A stretch of 20,000 nt of DNA from an uncultured virus (IMG/VR IMGVR_UViG_3300031857_021139) (taxonomy: Duplodnaviria > Heunggongvirae > Uroviricota > Caudoviricetes). A program made the translations under genes and the position numbers. The stretch lies in the IMG/VR virus record IMGVR_UViG_3300031857_021139; one strand, given 5' to 3'. A model generated the notes under the pieces. The model had not been told where the DNA came from. It saw nothing but the letters and a program-made list of their open reading frames with translations, and made no database searches. Shown one piece after another: positions 1 to 7,243 of this stretch; position 1 is the first letter of the stretch; every line of letters starts with the position of its first letter.

Positions 1-622
1 GTGTCCCTGGAGGTATGGTAAGCGCGAGTTCACGACCCTGTAGATCTGTGATTATAACCTCGCTGCCAACTATGAGTTGCCACACAGTGACCTGGCGATC
101 AGTGATGATGTCCTTGCCTTGTCTTTGCCATCGGGCATCGGGTTTGACTCGGTAAGTGATCACGAGATCTTGACCACCCGGGGCCAGACGCGGATAGCGT
201 ATGGTGTCACCATCATCAAGTCCGCGAGGCACGTCAATTTCAATGTTGGACACTGTGTCTCCTACCTGCAGGCTCACAGTGCGTGTGCCTCCTGACAACA
301 CATCAGCCAATGTGATCCAGAGATTCAATCTGGCATGACCGGGCTGGCGATTGCGCGGTGGATGCCCAAACATGCTGAAAATATCATCGAAGTTGAAGCC
401 GTTGGCCCCAAAGTTCACATGTACTGATTGGCGTGGGTTGTCATATTCTCTGCGCCGCTCAGGATCGCTGAGCACAGTATGTGCTTCGTTGATGTCTTGG
501 AACTGAGAAGCATCGCCGCCGCGGTCTGGATGGTGTTGCATGGCCAAGCGACGGAAGGCTCGTTTGATTTCGTCTTCCGATGCCGTGCGGGATACTCCCA
601 GTATCTTGTAATAATCTTTCAC
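1..622 (-). CDS. dnaJ: DnaJ/CbpA-like J-domain chaperone (class B, no Zn finger); 3' end truncated by the window edge
   Basis: Absent from the ORF track because it runs off the edge. Manual translation from GTG at 622: [37 protein letters not shown]...[11 protein letters not shown] (J domain with HPD), a G/F-rich linker ([16 protein letters not shown]), then DnaJ C-terminal-like sequence ([15 protein letters not shown]...IPPGT). Confidence 0.93.
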   Translation of the reverse strand, partial: MKDYYKILGVSRTASEDEIKRAFRRLAMQHHPDRGGDASQFQDINEAHTVLSDPERRREYDNPRQSVHVNFGANGFNFDDIFSMFGHPPRNRQPGHARLNLWITLADVLSGGTRTVSLQVGDTVSNIEIDVPRGLDDGDTIRYPRLAPGGQDLVITYRVKPDARWQRQGKDIITDRQVTVWQLIVGSEVIITDLQGRELALTIPPGT

Positions 623-628
623 AGTGTT

Positions 629-657
629 ATTTTACTACCAACACACAGCATTGTCAA
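629..657 (-). promoter_or_regulatory. sigma70-type promoter for dnaJ (TTGACA-17 bp-TAAAAT), probably leaderless
   Basis: Minus strand reads TTGACA atgctgtgtgttggtag TAAAAT aacact GTG; -35 at 652-657, -10 at 629-634, start codon 6 nt downstream, no SD. Confidence 0.8.
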
Positions 658-1007
658 ATCGGAGATTTGGGTGCAGAACCGTTGTTGGAGGATTCTTTGA
701 GCGTCAACCACTTGTTGAGCAAGGCGTTGCCCGTCCATGCGGCCATGTATCCCGCGAAATACCATTCTGAGAATCTTTGGTCCACGATAAGGTAGACAAA
801 CCCCCAGGTAGATACCACGAACGTGGTAAAGCGCATGAATTTGGCTTCGTTAATTCGGCCATCTTTGCATACCAGGTCTTTGAGATCTATCTGGTTGTTT
901 TTGTCTCGTTGGATGTTCCAAAATATCAACACAGCGATTATGACCACTATGGCCAGGATCACGTTCATGCCATGGCTGACTTGCATGGTGGTCAACATCT
1001 CTTTCAT
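654..1007 (-). CDS. putative holin (small membrane protein, 2-3 TM segments)
   Basis: 117 aa with hydrophobic stretches (VILAIVVIIAVLIFW; FTTFVVSTWGFVYLIV; WYFAGYMAAWTGNALL) and a hydrophilic C-tail; last gene of the endolysin-spanin cassette, ATGA-coupled to the o-spanin. Confidence 0.6.
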   Translation of the reverse strand: MKEMLTTMQVSHGMNVILAIVVIIAVLIFWNIQRDKNNQIDLKDLVCKDGRINEAKFMRFTTFVVSTWGFVYLIVDQRFSEWYFAGYMAAWTGNALLNKWLTLKESSNNGSAPKSPI

Positions 1008-1381
1008 TTCTTTTCAGCCTCGGATTTCCGGGGTTCATAGTACTCGCGGTACTTGACAATGATTTCTCTCTGCTGAGCCACAAACGCACGTATTTCGGCC
1101 ATGTCTACTGACAGTTCTTCGTAGCCATCATCGGTCAAGGCAAACAGCACGAGATCCATGTTTTTGGCCTTGAGGTCAGCAAAAACCTTGGCTTGATTTT
1201 CTGGAGTCACGACAAACCATTGTGGTGCCGTGGGTTTGAGTGGTTTAGGATCGGCGATGTTCAACGGTGTGCGTTCCTGGGCCCGCTTGCGTATCTCGAT
1301 GGGCGATACTGAATCCCAACCAAACATGGCACAACCTTGTAGCATGACAGCGGCAACAATGACAGTGATAAAAGTTTTCAT
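1004..1381 (-). CDS. outer-membrane lipoprotein spanin (o-spanin, Rz1-like)
   Basis: Start reassigned to ATG 1381 (ATGA overlap with the i-spanin stop). MKTFITVIVAAVMLQG/C is a signal peptide with lipobox, followed by a Pro-rich segment (PLNIADPKPLKPTAPQW). Confidence 0.8.
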   Translation of the reverse strand: MKTFITVIVAAVMLQGCAMFGWDSVSPIEIRKRAQERTPLNIADPKPLKPTAPQWFVVTPENQAKVFADLKAKNMDLVLFALTDDGYEELSVDMAEIRAFVAQQREIIVKYREYYEPRKSEAEKK

Positions 1382-1872
1382 TGGGTTGCCTTGTAGTTGG
1401 GGTTGGCTATTGCAGGACATTCTTTGTTGATCTCTGTGGCAGTTTTGGCAGCCAGTTCTTGCTCAGTCCTCGGGGCGCCGGATGCTATCTCAAGACAGCG
1501 CATGGCGTTCTTGGTTCCACGATTGATCAAGCGTTCCACCAGGTCAGGTTTTTCCTTGGCAAAATTTCCAAAGTCTCGAGGTTGTCCTCGTGCATCTTGG
1601 CTGAACTTGCGACTCAAGGCATCTACCTCGGCCTTGTGTTTGCCCGCGATGTCACTGAGGTCGCGATTTATCTGTTGTATGGCTGCGATGTCTTCTGTCA
1701 TCTGTTTCATCAAGGCCTGCTGTTCTTGTATACCATCCTGCAGTTTCTTGTTATTGTTCTCAGATATGGCCAAGTCAGCCTTGAGATTGATCAAATAATA
1801 ACCGCCCACGGCCAACAGGATTACCACAACCAACACGACCACGGCCTTGATTGCGCCACCTATACCAAACAT
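1378..1872 (-). CDS. inner-membrane spanin (i-spanin, Rz-like)
   Basis: Single N-terminal TM (AVVVLVVVILLAVGGYYLI), long coiled-coil-like region, two C-terminal Cys; lies between the endolysin and the lipoprotein gene. Confidence 0.8.
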   Translation of the reverse strand: MFGIGGAIKAVVVLVVVILLAVGGYYLINLKADLAISENNNKKLQDGIQEQQALMKQMTEDIAAIQQINRDLSDIAGKHKAEVDALSRKFSQDARGQPRDFGNFAKEKPDLVERLINRGTKNAMRCLEIASGAPRTEQELAAKTATEINKECPAIANPNYKATQ

Positions 1873-2336
1873 CAGGCAATCAATCCTTGTTTGTAAACAG
1901 TCTTACCGTTTTCACGCATGGCTGTCATGGCCTGGCGCTTGAGATTAGCGGGATCATAACTCACATGCACCCATCCTGAATCAGGGATGCCTGGTGTGTA
2001 AAATTCCAGGATCAACTGGGTGAACTGGAAGTATTCGGCGATATACTTGGCCAAGTCGGCGTTGGGCACGCCGGGGATCTCAATGTCTGCTGCCTGTCCT
2101 TTGCAGTGATCACTGGTACGGCTGCCGCCCACAGCGGCATTGACATCTGGTGCGCGATATCCAGAATTGACCTTGATACCACGACCATAGGCCGTGCGCA
2201 GAGGTTGGAGTATTTGTTCGCATAATATGCGTAGATTATCAATCACATCTTCCGGCGGGGTGTTGTCAAGACCGTGACGCAGTGCTGTCTCTGACTTGAT
2301 CATTTCGTTGAGGCTGAAATTTTCGGTTAGTTGCAT
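1872..2336 (-). CDS. peptidase M15 family Zn-peptidase, probable endolysin
   Basis: Start reassigned to ATG 2336 (AAGGAG SD upstream). Motifs: MQLTENFSLNEM, SGYR...VGGSRTSDH, GQAADI, WVHVSY (His/Asp/His Zn ligands of M15). Confidence 0.9.
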   Translation of the reverse strand: MQLTENFSLNEMIKSETALRHGLDNTPPEDVIDNLRILCEQILQPLRTAYGRGIKVNSGYRAPDVNAAVGGSRTSDHCKGQAADIEIPGVPNADLAKYIAEYFQFTQLILEFYTPGIPDSGWVHVSYDPANLKRQAMTAMRENGKTVYKQGLIA

Positions 2337-2354
2337 ATAAAAGCTCCTTGTGCC

Positions 2355-2373
2355 GATATTTACCTTAAATATC
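2355..2373. promoter_or_regulatory. back-to-back TAAATA late-promoter-like motifs forming a perfect inverted repeat
   Basis: GATATTTA-CCT-TAAATATC. TAAATA on - (2357-2362) faces the lysis cassette; TAAATA on + (2366-2371) lies 5 nt before ATG 2377. Confidence 0.7.
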
Positions 2374-2376
2374 ACG

Positions 2377-3648
2377 ATGAATGTACTGATACTCACCCCA
2401 GACGCTGTAGGCAGCACCTTGTTACAGCGATTGATAACCATATACATGCAATTTTGTGAGTATGATCGGCCAGTGATCAATCTGCACGAACTGACCAACG
2501 GATTAGAAAAATATTTCAGTCCCGAGTTCAATCGTGAAATCGTCAGCAAAAAGAAAGTACCAAACTGGGGTTATCATCAAAGTCTACAACAAATCGTGGA
2601 AGTTTTGAGCAGTGTTGACCACTACAAAACTTCTCGCTTGGCACATTATCATCTGGTCAATCGCCAAGATCCTTTGCAGGATCAGGTTCCATTTTACAAT
2701 TACCTGAATGAAAACTTTTATATCATATCTTGCAGGCGTAAAAATGTGTTTGAACATGCGCTCAGCAGGACTCTAAGCAATGTAATCAAAAAACTCAATG
2801 TTTACTCTGGTGCAGAAAAGATTGATACTTTCTTGCCTTTATACAGAGATAAAATAGAAATAGATCAAATGAGTTTGATCAAATATCTCGATGCCTACAA
2901 ACACTATGCTGACTGGGTAGATAATTTTTTCCATGTATCTTCTTACTTTACCTACGAAGATCACTTGCCCGAGATAGAAAAGTTCATACTGTCTTTGCCG
3001 TTTTTTTCGGGGCAGACAGAAAAACTTTCTTGGGATGCAAAGTTTGGAATCAGTGTCAACGATTGGAATCGCTGTCAGCATGCTGTCAGCGATATTGGTT
3101 CATACATGATACACGGCCAGGGCAAGAACTCAGCATTGGCCTATGAGTATGACAATGGACCCAAGATTGACAACACCGTGGTAACATTTTATCAACGGCA
3201 TGCACATGAGTCTTGGCCCGCTATACATAACACCACAGATTTTGCCAATCTTCCCGACTGGTACAAAAAATCAACTTATCAGATGATCGCCAAGGAAAAA
3301 ATCACAAATCAATTGGTCACTGACAGAAATTTTGACAGCTACTTCGGCAATCTTCGCGCAGGGTTTGATAATGTACAACAAACTATCAAAAAGATGCAAG
3401 AGTTGGATATCATCGTATCTCCTCCTCCAATCAAGAAACAAACGTTGGAGGAGAAAAAACACATGATAAAAAATTTCAATCAATGTGTTGCCACGTTCAA
3501 TGACTGGGTCAAAACCAACGCAAGATTTGGCCCAGAAATCAACGATGATTCAATACAAAAACAAGTGCAATTTGAACAGCAATATTGGAAACTACCAGTT
3601 ACCCCTCAAGTTTCTGCACCACATGATTTGCCAGCCATTGAGCAGTAA
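2377..3648 (+). CDS. sulfotransferase-fold (Stf0-like) protein
   Basis: N-terminal VLILTPDAVGSTLL resembles the 5'-PSB loop (RSGSTLL in Stf0); YIISCRRKNVFEHALS resembles the 3'-PB motif; FTYEDHL resembles the YEDL motif. Visibly AT-richer than the flanks. Confidence 0.6.
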   Translation: MNVLILTPDAVGSTLLQRLITIYMQFCEYDRPVINLHELTNGLEKYFSPEFNREIVSKKKVPNWGYHQSLQQIVEVLSSVDHYKTSRLAHYHLVNRQDPLQDQVPFYNYLNENFYIISCRRKNVFEHALSRTLSNVIKKLNVYSGAEKIDTFLPLYRDKIEIDQMSLIKYLDAYKHYADWVDNFFHVSSYFTYEDHLPEIEKFILSLPFFSGQTEKLSWDAKFGISVNDWNRCQHAVSDIGSYMIHGQGKNSALAYEYDNGPKIDNTVVTFYQRHAHESWPAIHNTTDFANLPDWYKKSTYQMIAKEKITNQLVTDRNFDSYFGNLRAGFDNVQQTIKKMQELDIIVSPPPIKKQTLEEKKHMIKNFNQCVATFNDWVKTNARFGPEINDDSIQKQVQFEQQYWKLPVTPQVSAPHDLPAIEQ

Positions 3649-4453
3649 GCAAATCAAAATGATGACCATCTCTGGCGATATCTAATCTTGGAACTTGTAC
3701 ACAGCATGCTTGATCCTCAAAGCACACGCTGAGTAAATCAAAGTAATAAAACTTTTGCTTGATCTCCTCAGAGAGATATTGGGGTAATGCGGCCAATTCT
3801 TGGATTGATTTTGGAGGTCGACTGGGCCAATCTGGTCCTTTGATATCCAGCCAACTTTGGTCAATGTTGGGCTTGAAATCAGGAATCACGTAGTGCAAGA
3901 CCTGCGTAGATACGCCACGTACCTTGGACACACAGGATTGGAAGTGCTGATAATCCTCAGCATCGCTGGCCTGGGATCTATCAATGCGCCTGAGTTCATC
4001 ATCTCGGATGTGATCCATGGTTTCACGGCGATGTATGTAGCTCCACAGGATAATCATGACACTGGGTTGAATTTCGTCAATGATCTGTTGGGCACGCCTG
4101 CAGATCCAGTCATTGCTGGCGCCATCCATGCTGACGTTGATGGTTCGTTGCCCTATAGTCTGTTGCAGTAGATAAGGCCATGTGTGTGATCTAGGACTGC
4201 CCAGGCCCACTGTAAAACTATCTCCAATGCACCAAATTGCGGTCTGCAAACATGTTCGGTCTGTGGGCCAAGGTAGGTCGCGAAATCCCCGATCGTTGTA
4301 GTGATATTCTACGGCGTGAGGATATCTATCAAACCAGGCACGGTCAACACAGTGGTCGGGCGAATCTAACCCGCTGTGGCGCCAGCATTGATTGACCCGG
4401 CTGAGGATTCTTAAATCTGGGAGAACTTGCCCGGGCGGGCAGCCGTGGATCAC
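3599..4453 (-). CDS. SGNH/GDSL hydrolase-superfamily protein
   Basis: YNDRGFRD...IWCIGDSFTVG (block I Ser), NVSMDGASN (block II Gly), RDGHH (DxxH block V); GTG start overlaps the upstream stop (GTGA). Confidence 0.75.
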   Translation of the reverse strand: MIHGCPPGQVLPDLRILSRVNQCWRHSGLDSPDHCVDRAWFDRYPHAVEYHYNDRGFRDLPWPTDRTCLQTAIWCIGDSFTVGLGSPRSHTWPYLLQQTIGQRTINVSMDGASNDWICRRAQQIIDEIQPSVMIILWSYIHRRETMDHIRDDELRRIDRSQASDAEDYQHFQSCVSKVRGVSTQVLHYVIPDFKPNIDQSWLDIKGPDWPSRPPKSIQELAALPQYLSEEIKQKFYYFDLLSVCFEDQACCVQVPRLDIARDGHHFDLLTAQWLANHVVQKLEG

Positions 4454-5283
4454 TCCAGACCCATCTCTCGACGTATCTTGGTGGCCGAGATCTCTGTGAT
4501 GGACTCGTCAAAGGTCTCTTCACCTGAGGTATACCCCACTCCGCGGCCCCAGCCTATGTGTACAATGTTGGGTACCACTTGGATCTCGTACTGCCCTTGA
4601 TAGATTGGATCAAGGTCTCTGCGGATGTAATTTTTTACTTGTTCTATAGCAAAAGGATTTGATCCTTGCCAACCCTGTACATCCCGCACCTGTATGACTA
4701 CCTGTCCTGTGCGGGCTATGAGTCTTTCAAACAAGGCTCTATGGCCGGCATGCCAAGGCTGCCATCGTCCCAACATCTGCACAGTTTCCTTGCGCCAGTC
4801 AAACACGGGTCTCCGTCGATCTTCCAAGATGTGCTGACCAATGAATTCGGCCCATTTCTCCGCGTTCTGTTCTGTCACCCGGAAATCGTAAACGTCCGGT
4901 GGTGTAAACATGCGGTTGGTATCTTCATAGCGACCTGCGTCAATGGTATCCATCCATATGGTCCAGTCGGCTTTGTAATTGTAGCGCATCTCGGGCAAAG
5001 GCGCCACGAAATCTACAATCACAAAATCCGCTTGCGACTTGTCTGCGAGTTCTCGCATCCTATGGCTTTGCCGGATACGACCTTCCTGGCTGAAATCCCA
5101 ATCGTTGAACTTCTTTCTAACATCATCGGCATTGTACCATTGCACAGTGGCATAACTCTGGTGGGCCATCTCTTTTTCATCATGGAACATGCCACTGTTT
5201 GTTTCGAGATATTGTTTCAATGCAGTGGCCATGAAAGTCTTGCCTGCGCCTGGCAAACCCATGATCAATATTCTTTTAGACAT
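4450..5283 (-). CDS. fusion: adenylyl-sulfate (APS) kinase-like P-loop domain + cytidyltransferase-like (HIGH) nucleotidyltransferase
   Basis: Start ATG 5283 with AGGAG SD. N-domain: GLPGAGKT, NADDVRKKFNDWDFSQEGRIRQ, VIVDFVAP (CysC-like). C-domain: GRWQPWHAGH, NPF, ISATKIR (NadM/TagD-like HIGH and SxT motifs). Confidence 0.85.
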   Translation of the reverse strand: MSKRILIMGLPGAGKTFMATALKQYLETNSGMFHDEKEMAHQSYATVQWYNADDVRKKFNDWDFSQEGRIRQSHRMRELADKSQADFVIVDFVAPLPEMRYNYKADWTIWMDTIDAGRYEDTNRMFTPPDVYDFRVTEQNAEKWAEFIGQHILEDRRRPVFDWRKETVQMLGRWQPWHAGHRALFERLIARTGQVVIQVRDVQGWQGSNPFAIEQVKNYIRRDLDPIYQGQYEIQVVPNIVHIGWGRGVGYTSGEETFDESITEISATKIRREMGLE

Positions 5284-5284
5284 T

Positions 5285-5962
5285 TTATACTCCTGTGAGG
5301 TTGTGAAAAAAATCGCTTTGATTAGCGATGATGTGTTTGGCTGCGGCTTCATGTGCCTGTTCCAAAGGATGCTCGGTATCGCTGATTGCGTAATCATGAT
5401 CTCTGCTCCATTCTACAAAGTTGCGACCTTGGAAGTTGCGTAGATAATGCTTGGCATGTTGTTGTAACAATGAGATGGCCGGACTACAATGATACTGCGT
5501 ATCAAATATGAGATGATCCATGTAAGTCATCATGTATGGTATGTTGCGCTGTACCAAAGTATCTATGCAGGTCTTGATGACGATCAGGGCATTGAGTTTG
5601 TCACGGTAATCACCCTGCAGATGAGAAAAATAAAACTTGTTTTCTTCTGACTTTTCACCGGGCCGCAGAGTGGACCAATCTCTATCCCAGGGAGTCTGAT
5701 TCATGCCGTAGTCAAATCTATCAATGTAGGTCCAGTTGATCACATAGATATCATCGCCGGGGCTAGCCGCATGGCTCAACACACGATCCGCTATGGATAG
5801 ATTGCCGGCGCCGGGCCTGGCATAACAAATATAGTCTTGCTCGAAATATCGGGCCAAATGGGCCGGCCATGTCAATTGGCTGGCTGAGGCGGAGGCGTGT
5901 CCTCGGCCGTCATCGGCTAAATCCGTGCCGAAAACGAAACTACAACCAAAACTTTTGAGCAT
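5285..5962 (-). CDS. SGNH-like hydrolase/acyltransferase-fold protein
   Basis: SFGCSFVFG (block I), TWPAHLA, ARPGAGN (block II), VINWTYIDR, C-terminal TEHPLEQAH. Confidence 0.65.
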   Translation of the reverse strand: MLKSFGCSFVFGTDLADDGRGHASASASQLTWPAHLARYFEQDYICYARPGAGNLSIADRVLSHAASPGDDIYVINWTYIDRFDYGMNQTPWDRDWSTLRPGEKSEENKFYFSHLQGDYRDKLNALIVIKTCIDTLVQRNIPYMMTYMDHLIFDTQYHCSPAISLLQQHAKHYLRNFQGRNFVEWSRDHDYAISDTEHPLEQAHEAAAKHIIANQSDFFHNLTGV

Positions 5963-5987
5963 GTGATTTTATAAAGTAGGGGATACT

Positions 5988-6548
5988 TTATATACCGGCG
6001 GCGGCTTGTAATTGGCAAATATCTTGCTCGCGATCGTAGATCTGGCGAGGTTCCAGGCCTGCACTTTCGCGAACCTGATTTAGAGCTTTTTCTTTCTTCT
6101 CACGATAGTCTTTGGGGCTGAGAGGTACCATGCGGTCAAAGGTTTCTTGGCTCCAAGGCATGGTCTGATCATCATAGTGCATGGTCCAATCCTTGGCGTC
6201 AAATTCGGTCAACGTGCTGAGATCTTCCAAGGCTGTGTTGATCTTTTCTCCGGCTGTGCTTCTACGGCGCATCTCTAGATATACCAGATAGCGGCTGGGT
6301 CTGATTTCGCCCGGACTCTTTGCCGCATCCAAGACCCAATCATAGCCCTTTTCAAACCAGTTCACGAGATCTTTGGCAGCTGCATCACTGCGCACGAAGA
6401 ATGAAATCACTATGATGTCATCGTCATCGCCCATCTTGCTGGCGAATTCGTCAACGTGTATGGTAGGCTTGATCATGCCGACCATGTCTTTGTATTCAAG
6501 GTTCTCACACAGCGGGAGCTGCGACGGATTGTGATATCTGCTGTTCAT
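5988..6548 (-). CDS. hypothetical phage protein
   Basis: Long clean acidic ORF (HVDEFASKMGDDDDIIVISFFV...WVLDA). Start probably MNSRY at 6548; the track start at 6611 overlaps the upstream gene more heavily. Confidence 0.75.
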   Translation of the reverse strand: MNSRYHNPSQLPLCENLEYKDMVGMIKPTIHVDEFASKMGDDDDIIVISFFVRSDAAAKDLVNWFEKGYDWVLDAAKSPGEIRPSRYLVYLEMRRRSTAGEKINTALEDLSTLTEFDAKDWTMHYDDQTMPWSQETFDRMVPLSPKDYREKKEKALNQVRESAGLEPRQIYDREQDICQLQAAAGI

Positions 6549-7080
6549 CTTGTCGGAATTCTTGTTGGTCAAGGTCTTCTTCATAGGAAGCATCAAGTTC
6601 TTCGAGATCAATGTCTTGATCCTCTAACTCCATGCTGCCAGTGCGTATGTCGGAAATCAGGCTCTTGGGCATGACTATTTCTACCAACCATACCATTTTT
6701 TCTACCAAGCGAGCCTTGTGCGTGCCTGGCACATAATCATCAGGATTCTCAATCTTGATCGGAATCTTGATGCGTTTCTTTTTGAACTTGATGTTGCAGT
6801 CAAAAGGTAGCAATCGCCGGGCACCGCGTGGATCGGGCATGAGCCGTTCGGGCCACATGAAGATGCAACCCACGGTGTATTTGCCCACATCAGGTCCCTG
6901 TACCAGTTCCCCATAAATCCAGTTTTTAAAAGCGTAGAGATCCAGTTCGTCCAACACCCGCTCAAAATCCAGCAGGGTCAGTAGACTGCCTTCGGAAAGA
7001 TACAGATTTTTGATGTTTTCGGCCACCAACCAGTAGTCTTCATGGTTTTCAAAAACATCTTTGTCAAGTTTGCTGTGCAT
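6505..7080 (-). CDS. hypothetical phage protein with acidic C-terminus
   Basis: LLDFERVLDELDLYAFKNW...FMWPERLMPDPRG; ATG 7080 lies 4 nt after a TAAATA motif. Confidence 0.8.
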   Translation of the reverse strand: MHSKLDKDVFENHEDYWLVAENIKNLYLSEGSLLTLLDFERVLDELDLYAFKNWIYGELVQGPDVGKYTVGCIFMWPERLMPDPRGARRLLPFDCNIKFKKKRIKIPIKIENPDDYVPGTHKARLVEKMVWLVEIVMPKSLISDIRTGSMELEDQDIDLEELDASYEEDLDQQEFRQDEQQISQSVAAPAV

Positions 7081-7084
7081 ATGA

Positions 7085-7090
7085 TATTTA
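7085..7090 (-). promoter_or_regulatory. TAAATA late-promoter-like motif
   Basis: Minus strand aaTAAATAtcatATG, directly before the 7080 start. Confidence 0.6.
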
Positions 7091-7197
7091 TTGGCGCGAA
7101 CCAAATACGATTTAGACTGTAGAGGGTCACTGGAGCCTAATACTTATGTCTCTAAATCCACCAATACCTACCCATAGATCATTGTGCCGCAGCCACC

Positions 7198-7203
7198 TAA
7201 ATA
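7198..7203 (+). promoter_or_regulatory. TAAATA late-promoter-like motif upstream of phoH
   Basis: ccTAAATActg, 40 nt before the TTG start, with an AAGGAG SD in between. Confidence 0.55.
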
Positions 7204-7243
7204 CTGTTGGGTAGCGAAAATTATGTTCAAAGGAGAACCGGAT

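Noticed and set aside
77..795. Short plus-strand ORFs at the left edge
   Set aside because: Shadows of dnaJ and the holin on the minus strand.
1381..1896. Plus-strand ORFs of 171 and 133 aa opposite the i-spanin
   Set aside because: Fully antisense to a well-supported gene; no recognisable motifs or start signals.
2337..2549. N-terminal extensions in the ORF track (also 1382-1420, 5284-5397, 12130-12198, 19024-19053)
   Set aside because: They overlap neighbouring genes; downstream starts fit SD sites, stop-start coupling or domain boundaries better.
4450..5283. Assigning the symbol cysC and a sulfur-assimilation AMG role
   Set aside because: The canonical lid motif is missing, the domain is fused to a nucleotidyltransferase, and the context is modification enzymes; the substrate is unproven.
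4666..5298. 210 aa plus-strand ORF
   Set aside because: Antisense to the kinase-nucleotidyltransferase fusion; no motifs.
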